NCBI GenBank assembly: GCA_951406725.2
Contig: OX597817.1
Coordinates: 85,870,001 to 85,934,000 of the forward strand
DNA from: Octopus vulgaris
Lineage: Eukaryota
Reading direction: 5' to 3'
DNA length: 64,000 nucleotides
Shown: in pieces, positions 55,301 through 64,000 of the stretch
Layout: each line of letters begins with the position of its first letter
Numbering within the stretch: position 1 is the stretch's first letter
Notes under the pieces: generated by a model
Seen by the model: only the letters and a program-made list of their open reading frames with translations
Database searches by the model: none
Told to the model about the DNA's origin: nothing
Translations under genes and position numbers: made by a program

Positions 55301-58300
55301 ATGAATATAGACTTAAAAAAGATAAGCAGAGAATTACAAAATTCAAATAAAATAAGTGACAAGTGTAAATCTGTAGATCTTTGTCCATTAGGAGAGTATA
55401 GAACATTGAAAACTTACATTATTCTTTAAATCATCATATTTTTGCCGCCATTCTCTAGTCTTTATCAGCCAGTTTGATTTGTCTTCAAGCAAAACCTCTA
55501 AATAGAGCTAGATTAAAGAAAAATATTCAAATGAATAAAGTAAGATTCCTTGGGTGAAATTTCTAAGAACAAATTAAAATTTTTATATATATATATATGT
55601 AAGAAAATCAATGAATCTGATTCTATGTATGTGTATAAATAAGCATGTATATGTATATATAAACGGATTCATTGACTCTTCATAGATAACAAGATGAAAA
55701 AAAATGCAAGTATAAAAGATGGCTGACTTTGCCTAATTAACAAGATAAATTTAATTGTTATTACTAACAGTAAATAAAAGTAAAATAACAAAGGTAAAGA
55801 GAAATAAATTCACACAAATGTTTCAGATACAAGAAGGTTTTAAAAAATAAGCATTTCAATACAAAATGTATGACATCTTTAACCCTTTAGCATTTAAATC
55901 AGCCATATACAACCAAAATATTCTACCCATTTTCTCATTTTATGCTCAATCCAGCCAGATCCAGCTTCTCACATCTACCTTACAATGTCATTCTAAAATT
56001 AAACAATTACATCTTCAAAATCTGGAGACTATGGGATAATACATCATTAATTTGAAACAATATGAATAAATAAGCATTACATTGAATGCTGAAGGGTAAA
56101 GGTAAAATGAAAGAAAGTTAATTTCTGGCAAAAACAATTACTTATGGACCATAAATCACAATTTTATTGTTTGTCATTAAGAAATGTTTTACAACACTGA
56201 AATTTGTTTAATTTCTATTGTAAAGTTTAACTATCTGTTTTATTTTGAGTATGTCGAGTTCAGAAGATGTGTAACTGTTATCTTGTGACAAAATTCATTG
56301 AAGATATCCAACATCCAAAAACTCTGGCAGATTTTAACTGTTTACTTTCCATTTTGTGGAATTAATTAAAAATGGCAGGAAGTAATTAAATACCATTTAC
56401 ACACAAATTCTGGGTATTCAATATTAATAATTATGTCACAGCATTTATTTGCTTAACCCTTTTGTTATCAAACCGCCCAAAGCCGTCCGAAAAAAATTTA
56501 GGTTTATGCGCCCAAACCCGCCCATATTTACCTATTCATATTTAAATGAGAATATCAGAGCAAATCTCTTTAGTACATTCGTGAAAACACCTGATTATAC
56601 TTCGTAAACAGTTCATCTACAGTTTTGTACAACGATCGAAGTGTAATTTTAATTCTGTGAATTTTGGGAGATTTTTTTCCGAAATTTGTTCCTATTGTGT
56701 TTTCAAAATTTGTAATTCTGACAAAAAATGGATACGAATTTCATTATATCAAGCAGCGAGTCAGAATTCGAAGGCTTTTCTACTGAAGACCTTGATAAAT
56801 CTAACTCTATGACTGAAAAAAAAAAGCACGTGGTATTTGATAATGAATCCGATGTTTCATTTTCCGAAAATGAAACAGTGAATCCAAGAGCTCCGACAGC
56901 AATAAAGAAAATGAATTGACACCTGAATGGAGTGAAAATTTAGAAACTGTTTCTTTCAGTGATTTTTCTGAAGAAACTGGACCAAGCCACAATCTTTCCC
57001 AGGAGAGTAAAGCCTTAGACTATTTCTTTTTACTTTTTCGAATGAGCCTATTTGAAATCATTACAGCGGAAAGAACCGTTACGCTAAATGTAAACAAAGC
57101 GAAAGAAAGGATACTTTGTGGTTTCCCACAACCTTAAATGAAATTAAGGCTTATTTTGCCATAAATATTATTATAGGTATCAGAAAGTTACCCAGAATAA
57201 CAAATTCTATAGTAAAATTTTGTTGTATACCCAATTGAATATTAGCTAATAACCCATTTTCTATAGCGATGTTTGAACAAAAATTTTAATAATTTTATAT
57301 TTTGTTGAATTTACCTGTATCTACCTGCAATTAGAGTCACTTTGTGACAAAAATTATAGTATAGAATTGCTTGAGAACATTTCATTAAATTATCTTCCAA
57401 AAATCACATTAATATATTGATAAATAAAAAAGTTATAGTTGTTTAATGAAACCAGACTAAATTTATGATTATGTTAGAAATTAATTGAAACACATAAGGT
57501 GTGTATTTTGGTCAGAAATATAGTAACGAAAGGGTTAAGCATCAATTTTATTAACATTGCTCTATCTTTTTATTTTCATTTTTTTTTAATCAAAAACTGA
57601 AAAGAGTCAAATTTACAGCGACAGCAACCACTGTCACCTTTTTTATATAAATATATTTTGTTTACATTTCAGGAGTATAAACATGTATACTGTGTTTATA
57701 TTTGTAGTAGACTACAATATAGTGTTTACATTTCAGAAGCTGTCATCATCATCATCAAATGTCTGCCTTCCATTCTGGCATGGATTGGGGGACTTGAGAA
57801 GATCAAATGAGCCAGAAGATTGAGCTGAGCTCCAGTGTCTATTTTGGCATGTTTACTACAGCTGGATGCCCTCTTCTAACACCAACTACTTTTACAAAGT
57901 GTACTGGATGGGGTTTTTTTCATGATAATGGCACTTATGAGTGGGTGAGTATAAATATATTGTTTATATTTATAGTGTCTAAAAAAAATACAGAGCATAA
58001 TCATCTCACCACCACTGGTGCCACAAAAAAAGTAACACAGTAAAGTGGCTAGCCTAAAGATGAGAATTCAACCATAGAAACCATACCAAAGCAGACACTG
58101 ATGCACAATGCAGTCCTCAACCCTTCAGATCTTAAATCTTACAACCCATGCCAACATGGGCATTAAAAGATAATGCCCCCACCACACACGTAGATAAGCT
58201 TCCATGCAACTTCTATCTGCTAATTTTGCTTGCAAGACATATATATAAATTTTTATTTTCAGATTATGAAATACATACCTTCCAACAAATACTACGAAAT

Positions 58301-58387
58301 CTGCTACTTCGTAAATTTCCACGTAAGCCATGGTTCCGCAAAGCCTTCAAAAAGTTAGGTTTCCCGAACAATCGTTCCCACTCAGTG
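9414..58387 (-). CDS. TBC1D5: TBC1 domain family member 5 (Rab7 GAP, retromer-associated), 17 coding exons in window, 5'-partial
   Basis: Manual splicing of 17 GT-AG exons gives one open frame (2161 nt). It matches remembered TBC1D5 motifs in order: EWERLF..LRSSRFRSICWK, NNPLSQ, QDVIRTFPE, YRQGMHELLAP, PFARPQDL, RWVRLLFGREF, AMCKYCA, RDILKGTLKF..ITDNHY. Confidence 0.95.
10649..10731 (-). CDS. TBC1D5: TBC1D5 exon, 83 nt: NLQDILHAQTLSVGEDEVLLSIAGVKQ
   Basis: CAG acceptor, CAG|GTAATA donor, phase 1-0; resembles EDQILVSLAGLKQ. Confidence 0.92.
11045..11144 (-). CDS. TBC1D5: TBC1D5 exon, 100 nt: EQDINTKMAYVQGKLNEFEAMCKYCASKLDIHI
   Basis: CAG acceptor, GTAAGT donor, phase 0-1; resembles QGQLNDLDAMCKYCA. 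Confidence 0.92.
11380..12570 (+). mobile_element. Degenerate mariner (Tc1/mariner) transposon in TBC1D5 intron
   Basis: MEVTKEHIWCILLYE start at about 11563, KLGQW.PHKL, DQIVTSNEKW, VWWD.KG.VHFELL, HQDNARPH then deletion to SDYHLF; left TIR-like TATTAAATCATCCCATAA, right TIR not found. Confidence 0.88.
11897..11996 (+). repeat. 48-bp tandem duplication within the mariner
   Basis: aatggg.tcctcacaaactatctcgagtctaatc.catacagagagtg x2. Confidence 0.9.
13418..13638 (-). CDS. TBC1D5: TBC1D5 exon, 221 nt, Ser/Pro-rich: VTPPCQEKRGSTASL...KSKRTTRH
   Basis: TTTCAG acceptor, weak CAT|GTAATA donor, phase 1-0 fits both neighbours. Confidence 0.8.
13875..14036 (-). CDS. TBC1D5: Candidate alternative TBC1D5 cassette exon, 162 nt, Cys-rich
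   Basis: AACCTTCCAG acceptor, CAG|GTTAGG donor, phase 1-1, 54 open codons in the frame of the flanking exons. Confidence 0.55.
14477..14653 (-). CDS. TBC1D5: TBC1D5 exon, 177 nt, Ser-rich: VSTNNNASANKSRSSVM...MTKSSSEPMNLQTDISP
   Basis: CACTAAC branch point plus CAG acceptor, CAG|GTAAAT donor, phase 1-1; MTKSSSEPMNL resembles LMKSESMPVQL. Confidence 0.82.
17550..17616 (-). CDS. TBC1D5: TBC1D5 exon, 67 nt: QYPKPPAYSYQTVNQAQPSRNK
   Basis: CAG acceptor, AAG|GTATGT donor, phase 0-1; resembles NPRPVTYQF. Confidence 0.85.
19155..19406 (-). mobile_element. Young tRNA-SINE nested in an older repeat, 9-bp TSD
   Basis: Head AGGCAAGCTGGCAGAAACGTTAGC, CpGs retained; TSD atgcatacc at 19146-19154 and 19407-19415; an uninterrupted sister of the host repeat lies at about 18590-18735. 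Confidence 0.88.
20418..20524 (-). CDS. TBC1D5: TBC1D5 exon, 107 nt: LTSDYPNCMNTLMRYPPVGDVHYFVDKALYLREPN
   Basis: TAG acceptor, GTAAGT donor, phase 1-0; end of TBC domain. Confidence 0.93.
21253..21532. repeat. Long imperfect inverted repeat (fold-back/MITE-like), arms about 120 bp
   Basis: cacacaaagcta..gtaaatattg.gttgaaaatc..ttggat..gaaaaattgaaggctgct mirrored by agcagccttcaaatttttcaatccaa..gattttcaac.caatatttac..tagctttgtgtg. Confidence 0.85.
21629..21755. repeat. About 125-nt near-palindromic hairpin
   Basis: gctgccaaattatcacagaa..gtttcacattc..cagttgtgatga / tcattaccactg..gaatgtgaaactgagttctgtgataattttgcagc. Confidence 0.8.
22442..22584 (-). CDS. TBC1D5: TBC1D5 exon, 143 nt: RWVRLLFGREFPMQDLLMLWDAIF...MLLYVRDL
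   Basis: CAG acceptor, GTAAGT donor, phase 2-1; overlaps ORF 22374-22577. Confidence 0.95.
23723..23892 (-). CDS. TBC1D5: TBC1D5 exon, 170 nt: GKDIFNVQPFARPQDLNP...HLERLEIVPQIYGI
   Basis: CAG acceptor, GTAAGT donor, phase 0-2; PFARPQDL and PQIYG motifs. Confidence 0.95.
24371..24440 (-). CDS. TBC1D5: TBC1D5 exon, 70 nt: AMFCQVMATVEPWYTTKDAPTPK
   Basis: TAG acceptor, GTAAGT donor, phase 2-0. Confidence 0.92.
24968..25018 (-). CDS. TBC1D5: TBC1D5 exon, 51 nt: EMIRELMDPMFLEHDAY
   Basis: CAG acceptor, GTGAGT donor, phase 2-2; LEHDAY motif. Confidence 0.93.
27356..27585 (+). mobile_element. Short non-autonomous Helitron
   Basis: 5' TC, 3' CTAG, inserted between A and T, subterminal GC hairpin cctgagcaacgccggg (27558-27573). 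Confidence 0.72.
29620..30260 (+). mobile_element. RTE-clade LINE 3' fragment
   Basis: TAKMEFL*MISGVTL..RI.N..IR..L..GHVIRMP..RL.KQIL..GRPKTRWLD, ending in a gatggatggat tail. Confidence 0.85.
31477..31497 (-). CDS. TBC1D5: Candidate TBC1D5 microexon, 21 nt: LTQITES
   Basis: About 57-nt AG-free U-rich tract plus TCTTTCAG acceptor, GAG|GTTAGC donor, phase 2-2, open frame. Confidence 0.55.
32004..32208. mobile_element. piggyBac-type MITE (CCCTTTAGCATT TIR)
   Basis: TTAA|CCCTTTAGCATT ... AATGCTAAAGGG|TTAG; inverted sister copy at 55883-56096. Confidence 0.82.
33085..33126 (-). CDS. TBC1D5: Candidate alternative TBC1D5 exon, 42 nt: WEYFQSDLDQILWN
   Basis: TTATCCAG acceptor, GAA|GTATGT donor, phase 2-2 matching the host intron, no stop. 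Confidence 0.45.
34246..34334 (-). CDS. TBC1D5: TBC1D5 exon, 89 nt: GMHELLAPLIFVLHCDHQAFLHACEIESIG
   Basis: CAG acceptor, GTAAGT donor, phase 0-2; close match to GMHELLAPIVFVLHCDHQAFLHA. Confidence 0.95.
36701..37098 (-). mobile_element. Full-length young tRNA-derived SINE (octopus-type) with internal (CA/TA)n
   Basis: Head AGGCGCAGGAGTGGCTGTGTGG (A box) ... GGTTCAGTCCC (B box), CpG-rich, AAGAG-type tail; degraded relatives near 4950-5180, 10075-10260, 20010-20380, 22740-23190, 28060-28410, 35965-36110, 53450-53835, 58470-58835, 58968-59360. Confidence 0.9.
38122..38317. mobile_element. piggyBac-type MITE related to the ends of the 56.4-57.5 kb element
   Basis: ttaa.cccatttgataccaacctgccc ... 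agaaatatggtaacaaaagag|ttaa; similar copy at about 30553-30752. Confidence 0.65.
39183..39232. repeat. 24-bp tandem duplication
   Basis: aaaacttattcatcataagccaca x2. Confidence 0.9.
40658..41179 (+). repeat. 522-bp direct repeat, copy 1
   Basis: Appears identical by eye to 45587-46108, including the T12 run. Confidence 0.93.
43245..43356 (-). CDS. TBC1D5: TBC1D5 exon, 112 nt: FPEIPFFQSDQVHQLMVNVLFLYCRNDQMKTHLSYRQ (glutamine finger)
   Basis: TAG acceptor, CAG|GTTGGT donor, phase 2-0; YxQ motif. Confidence 0.93.
45587..46108 (+). repeat. 522-bp direct repeat, copy 2
   Basis: aatggactaaaatc...cctaagtctacttt, offset 4929 bp from copy 1. Confidence 0.93.
52057..52124 (-). CDS. TBC1D5: TBC1D5 exon, 68 nt: SPWNRFFQDNELRLTIKQDVIRT (arginine finger)
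   Basis: TAG acceptor, GTAAGA donor, phase 0-2; IxxDxxRT catalytic motif. Confidence 0.94.
53998..54075 (-). CDS. TBC1D5: TBC1D5 exon, 78 nt: LIINPRKAVDSAHDLSLNNPLSQAEE (VPS29-binding NNPL loop)
   Basis: TAG acceptor, GTAAGT donor, phase 0-0; NPRK and NNPLSQ motifs. Confidence 0.94.
55418..55507 (-). CDS. TBC1D5: TBC1D5 exon, 90 nt: LYLEVLLEDKSNWLIKTREWRQKYDDLKNN
   Basis: TAG acceptor, GTAAGT donor, phase 0-0, similar to LFLCVLPQDKSQW. Confidence 0.92.
55883..56096. mobile_element. piggyBac-type MITE, same family as 32004-32208, opposite orientation
   Basis: TTAA|CCCTTTAGCATT ... AATGCTGAAGGG|TAAA; internal sequence resembles the reverse complement of the 32-kb copy. Confidence 0.8.
56457..57534 (+). 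mobile_element. Internally deleted piggyBac transposon
   Basis: TTAA TSD at both ends (56453-56456, 57535-57538); TIR CCCTTT(T/C)GTTA; acidic N-terminus SESEFEGF, LDYFFLLF and LNEIKAYFAINIIIGIRKLPRI transposase fragments; no catalytic core. Confidence 0.88.
58279..58387 (-). CDS. TBC1D5: TBC1D5 exon (first in window), 109 nt: TEWERLFGKPNFLKALRNHGLRGNLRSSRFRSICWK
   Basis: CAG acceptor, AAG|GTATGT donor; contains LIR1-like WERL and the RSICWK TBC start motif. Confidence 0.93.
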
Positions 58388-59874
58388 CTGAAAAAATTTT
58401 TTAAAACAAAATAAGAATTAGTTTCTCTTATTGTTATCATTTAGTGATGAGCAATATTTACAACTACAAGCATGGCTGCATGGTTGAGAAGTTTGCTTCC
58501 TGAACACATGATCTCAGATTCAACCCTACTGCAGTGTCCAAAGCAAGTGCCCTCTACTATGGCCCTGGGCTAACCAAAGTCCCTTGTGGGTGGATTTGGT
58601 AGACAGAAATGAAAGAAGCCACAGGGGGGAGTCCGTCCTAGTCCTGACATTGCACAGTATTTGTAAATGAACCTCACCAATCTTTCATGAAAACATGCCT
58701 AGCCAGAAGGAAATATTACATTACTTTGTATTAGGTGTGGGTTGGTGACAGGCAGGGTATTTGTCTACCTGAACAAATTCCATCTGACCCATTCAAGCAT
58801 GGAAAAGTGAACAATAAAACAATGAAGATGATGATTGACTTTGGACATATTCCAGATTACTCTTCACAATTGTACTGCGTTAGTCAATACTTATATTCAT
58901 TGCTGTAAAAACACAAGACCTGTCCCTCCCAGTTGAGTATCCTTCAATTTATTTACAAATGTACGTACAGGTATGGCTATGTGGTTAAAAAGTTCACTCC
59001 CTAACCATGTGGTTCGAGGTTCAGTCCCATAGGCTGACAAAACTTTGAGAAGATTTGGTAGACAAAAACAGAAACCTTCCCCCCACTCTCTCTCTCTCTG
59101 TGGTGTGTGTGTGTGTGTGTGTGCGTGCATGTTGTAGCTATACATAAAGTCACATGCAAAGAGCAGCGTTGTTATCATCACTTCTTCAGTCAACAAATCA
59201 TCCCCCCACTGACTATGCCTTCAAAAAAAGTATGCAATGAGAAACCCCTTCCTTGAAAACATATGGGTTAGTGAAAGGAAGGGTATTTGGCTGCAATATA
59301 ATGCCTTGCTATCATATTTGTCTAATCCATGCTAGCATGAAAAATCATACATGAAAACAAAGCTACTTTCTATTTTATTGTAAGTTTATAATTACTAATA
59401 TTAGTTGTCATTGTTTATTAATGAGAGTCGCAACTTGGCTTCTTGAAATTAATTTGACATATCTTAAACATTCCCAGTTTAAAAATACTTTGAAACCAAA
59501 TCTCAATAGACCTTTTGGTTTAACATCAAACCACACACATTTTTATTATTTAGCAAGCAGAAGTTGGTGAGCTGAGAACCTCAGAAGAAATGCAGTTTTT
59601 GTACTGACTTTTTACATTTCAAGTTCAACTCCCACCAAGGTAAATGTTTACCTTTCAGTACCAGGGGTCAATGGTGTCAACTAGCCCCCATTCCTCAAAA
59701 TCACTAGTTTTGTGCCTAACTCATCATCACTTAACGTCCGCTTTCCATGCTGGCATGGATTGGACAGTTTGACTGAGGACTGGCAAGCCAGGAGGCTGTA
59801 CCAGGCTGCAATCTGACCTGGCAAGGTTTCTACAGATGGATGCCCTTCCTAACACCAACCACTCAGAGTGTAGT

Positions 59875-60155
59875 GGGTGCTTTTTATGTGCACCAGCATG
59901 GGGGTCAGTCAGGCGGCACTGGCATCAACCATGCTTGAATGGTGCTTTTTACATGTCACTGACACAGAAGCCAGTCAGGTGGCACTGGCATTGCCCATGC
60001 TCAAATGGTGCTTTTTAAGTGACCGGCATTGGAGCCAATCAGGCAGCACTAGCATCAACCATGCTCAAATGGTGCTTTTTCATGCCACCAGCCCTGGCGT
60101 CAGCCACACTCAAAGGTGCTTATTACATGCCACCAACATTGGTACCAGTCAAGCA
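59875..60155 (+). repeat. About 65-bp minisatellite (4-5 diverged units) attached to the SINE/LINE tail at 59721-59880
   Basis: Units ggtgcttttt..gccagtcagg.ggcactggcat..ccatgctcaaat start near 59876, 59941, 60007, 60071, 60115. Confidence 0.8.
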
Positions 60156-61097
60156 TGCCCAACGATTGAAGGGTACTTTTAAATGGGCCAGTTAAGTGAC
60201 ACAGGCATCGGCCACGGTTACGATCTTTGCCCAGGCAATTCTTAATCTAGCAGCTATGCTCTCAGAGTGCCTACCCCCACTACTGACTTGGTCACCTAGG
60301 TAACAGAAGCTATCAACTACTTCTAGTTTTTCCCCTGCATGCGATGGAATCTGTTTTCTGTACATCTTCAGTGTTTATTGGCCCTGTACATCTATTAATA
60401 GCTTATCCTGTAATGTTGAGTTGTCCTTAGCTAAATGTCCAGTTGTGGACATTTCTTAAGTCTAGTGCTAGAATCTCTAATCATTACTTTTTATTACCTT
60501 TTCTTCAATGAATCAAATATGAACAAAGATTTGTGTCCCAGAAGACCCAACACAATTCCTTTTCAATTGGCTTTGTCTCTTAAGAATTCAAACATTGATT
60601 ACACATTGATTTTCTTACCAGTATTCCAGACCTCAATAAACATCATGCCTTCATATCACAGGAAATATTTGAATCTTTAGCATATTGTGACATTTAAAAG
60701 AACACAAATTACCTTACAGGATATCAACATTAAACTAATGAATGAGGATTTTGAAAGACATCGCTCATAACTCACAAGCAACAAGCTATAAAACACCTGA
60801 AATAAGGTCTTCAAGCCTTAAAACTCCTGGCTAAAGAATGCAACTTCAAGGCAGTGAATAATTTGATACTGGCTGCCTTTAATTTCAGAATAATTTTGAC
60901 AAGTCTAAAGCTTGGACTACTAGAAATTAGAAACAGCAATATCACAGCCAAAGCAGTGAACTTTGCTCAAAAGGATGCTAGCACTTATAACAATGTTGTC
61001 ATTGTAAATATTGTGACAAAGGAGGAACACCAAACAAGAAATTATTTCAGCAGCTGCTTCTCAGAAGTCTATTCTCATTTTTGTGCATGAGGAAGTA

Positions 61098-62116
61098 CAG
61101 GGTGAGACAGAGAGGATGGACGTTTTTAAAATAGCTACTATACAGCTCTAGTGGGAGGAACATATGTCCAATAAGTACCATTCGGTCCGTAGTGTCCTGG
61201 CATTTTTTTTTCATTTCAGGTGAAGCCATGGCGCTGTGGATGATAAAGCATCACATGTTTACCTATAACAGTTACATGAAGAATATTGAGTCTGTCATAG
61301 CAGTTCAGCATGAGTTTCAGCACCACTTCAACATTCACTGAAATCAGGCTCTTCCCACCCATAACACAATCTTACATTGGATAAATGCACTTCATACATG
61401 AGATACACTAATGAATAGGACACTAGTGGAAGTGCCACAACAGTATGGAACCTAGAAAATGTGGAATGTGTCAGGTAAGCTTTGATACGGAGTCCAAATC
61501 ACTCTGCTCAGAGGCATTCCACTTAACTTGGCATCGGTAATCAATCAGTAAGGCATATTTTGAAAGAAGACCTGCATTTCCACCTGTACAAATTGGTTAA
61601 CAGTTGAAACCATGGGACAATGCACAGTGGCTTAACTTCACACATCAGATGGAAGCAATTTTTGAAGCAAATGACAACCTCAGTTTGTTAACGAATGATA
61701 AAGTAAATTTTCATCTCAATGGCATAGTGAATCAACAGAACTGTCATTATTGGGCTCTTGAAAATCCAAGAGAACTGCACGAAAGACCACTGCACGGCCT
61801 GAATTACAACGAAAATATATGCCTATTCAGTGTGTGTGGTTTCAGCAGGATGGGGCAACAGCCCACACAGCCAGAGCATCAATGGACATTCTTCGCCCTC
61901 TCTTCTGTGACCATCTCATTTCCAGGTTTGCTGACATTCCTTGGCCCCTTCAGTCCCCTGATTTGTCCATGTGTGATTATTTCTTGTGGGAAAACCTCAA
62001 GGTACGTGTGTATGTGCATAAGCCCCATACATTGGACAATTGAAGTATAAGAACGCCTTCAGAAATGCATCAGTGAAAACGAACACCATATGATAGATGT
62101 TGTTTGCCCCACCCTG
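61098..62116 (+). mobile_element. Degenerate Tc1/mariner-superfamily transposon, DD41D type
   Basis: TA|CAGGGTG ... CACCCTG|TA; HTH N-terminus from about 61228; NFHLNGIVNQQNCHYW; WFQQDGATAH..WPLQSPDLSMCD with 41 residues between the 2nd and 3rd Asp. Confidence 0.88.
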
Positions 62117-63429
62117 TATAAAGGCTGCAGAAAATGTCCAACAAGAAATACCCTATGTTACAAGCATGAGAAAAAAACCCATTATTCTCTGGTATGCTAA
62201 TCACATAATAAACAGGCAATGAACCAATCTCTAAAGCATTAACGTCTGCAAATTTAAGTTTTCTAGTTTTACTGTAACATCCTTTATCTCATGCACACAA
62301 TAGCTTAATTAACAATCAGTCAATACTAGCTTTATTTGACAGTGAAAACACTGACAATATTATCAAAGATGATATTGTTCAGTAGAACGATTTAGTTATT
62401 AAACCATTCAGAGGTAATATTATGACAGCATCAATGCAGTTCCAAGAACATACAAACTTGACAGCCAATATACTGAAAAGTTGTGCAAATAGCAATTGCT
62501 AGTAGTTATATGCAGCTTCTGCTCACATGTAATACTGGGACGCAGTTTCATGTCTCAACAATCTTCAGATTTTAAGTTTAATGCCTCTGCAAACCCTCTA
62601 ATGTTATCAAATTTTGCTTGATTTCACCAATTTGCACTGTACAAAATTTAAATTCAAATCTCATTACTGCACCTAACAGAAAAGTATTCTGTGGGCAAAT
62701 TCATAAGACAAAAGGTTAAACTACCTAATCAAAAGCATCACAGAGCTAACACACTATGGAGAGCTCTCAGATAATAAAATAAAAGTGAAAAATCAAACAA
62801 GTGTTTTGTCAGATTTCTCAACCCTTTTGCTCTTCTTGATGCTTTTCCTTTGATAGATAATCTCTGCTAAATACCAATATTTATATTTTAGCAAGATCAA
62901 TATGACATGACCTTTATCAAATGATTAAAGACTGTCTTTAAACTATTTTCCAGCCTTGTAGCAATTGTGACAGTAAACTTCCATTTGGTTTCATAAATGT
63001 TGTGGCATATAAAAGTAAATTATTCCACAGCCTTATATCTAGTTACATTTTGATAACATTATTGTATGCTGTGACTCCATTACAGATCAAGAGAGAAATT
63101 TAAAGACATTTCATAACATTTTTTTAAAATACAATTTTGGTAAGACAAAATCAATTTCTTTGGTTATTGCAGTCAAAATAACTATAAAATAACACCAGAG
63201 CCTGGAAGATTGCTTCCTCTTAAATTTCTTAAAGTACCCACTTCCAAAAATTTTTCTGTTGCTAGTTTATTACAGCAAATGGGTGATACTTTTTCAAATA
63301 AAACAAGACTTTTAATGAAATTTACTACTTTTCTTATTTCTCAAGGAATAGTTATTGCTTTCAAACAAAATTGATATAGAAAATGTTTTTTTCTATGCTA
63401 CAGACAATTCTGTTCCATTTACTGTTCAG

Positions 63430-63665
63430 ACTGATGTACCAGACATTGTTTTGGTCACAACTTTCCCCTTCTAAAAGTGAATCTTTTATCCTTTCAGTTA
63501 AGAAGGTAGCTGCTGTGATTATTGAGTGCTTCGACCATTGGCAGCACTATTTCCAAGAGAAACACTTTACCCACATTATCAAAGAATCCAATTTAAGTTT
63601 GGTAAATTTGATAAATTCAAAATAAAAAACAACAAAACAGTATGCTAGGAAATCAAATTTTCTTC
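63430..63665 (+). mobile_element. Small Ty3/gypsy RNase H fragment
   Basis: SQLSPSKSE..SVKKVAAVIIECFDHWQHYFQEKHFTHI resembles gypsy SE..S.VEKEA.AIIE...HWRHYL.G..FT. Confidence 0.6.
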
Positions 63666-64000
63666 ACAGAGGCAGGACAAGTTGGAATCATGAGAAACTT
63701 TTGGATTACTGGAGTTGGAGTTGATAAAAATGTACTGACTCTCCCAACTCAGACTAAAGTTAAGTTAAAATGTAATATAAACCTTTTAAAATTTCCAGTT
63801 TCACATAAAAGTTTGAAAATAAATGATTTTAAGAACTTCTACAAAGGAAAATCTAGTAGAAATAATTGTTTCTAAAAACAAAGACATTAGTCATTTTTTA
63901 GTTGTATTTTTGATTACACAAGTTTCCTTTAATAGATTTTGAAACAAACTCTTCAGTGTTTTACAATATAATTATTTTTATTATTTCATGCAATTGTTCA

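Noticed and set aside
59875-60155. CRISPR-like array
   Set aside because: Whole units are homologous with no unique spacers; eukaryotic context, attached to a SINE/LINE tail, no cas genes.
58388-64000. N-terminal TBC1D5 exon or promoter
   Set aside because: No open phase-2 exon with a plausible donor was found; it probably lies outside the window.

Overview
Eukaryotic, AT-rich, repeat-rich genomic DNA; the SINE families and C2H2 zinc-finger relic suggest an octopus (coleoid cephalopod), which is an inference. Most of the window (9.4-58.4 kb) is one minus-strand gene, TBC1D5 (Rab7 GAP that binds retromer). I reconstructed 17 coding exons by hand with canonical GT-AG sites and consistent phases: 2161 nt, about 719 aa plus stop. 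The N-terminal exon(s) were not found and probably lie beyond the right edge. The Arg finger (DVIRTFP), Gln finger (YRQG), VPS29-binding NNPL loop and N-terminal LIR (WERL) are intact. The rest is mobile-element debris: a rearranged Ty3/gypsy element, mariner, a DD41D Tc1/mariner element, an internally deleted piggyBac with MITEs, a Helitron, an RTE LINE and many tRNA-SINEs. The best leads are three frame-preserving candidate alternative exons of TBC1D5 (42, 21 and 162 nt), an apparently identical 522-bp direct repeat bracketing the Gln-finger exon, templated insertions in the gypsy relic, intronic fold-back hairpins and a decayed C2H2-ZNF gene. I found no evidence of a wholly new multi-gene system; there are no prokaryotic features or CRISPR arrays.
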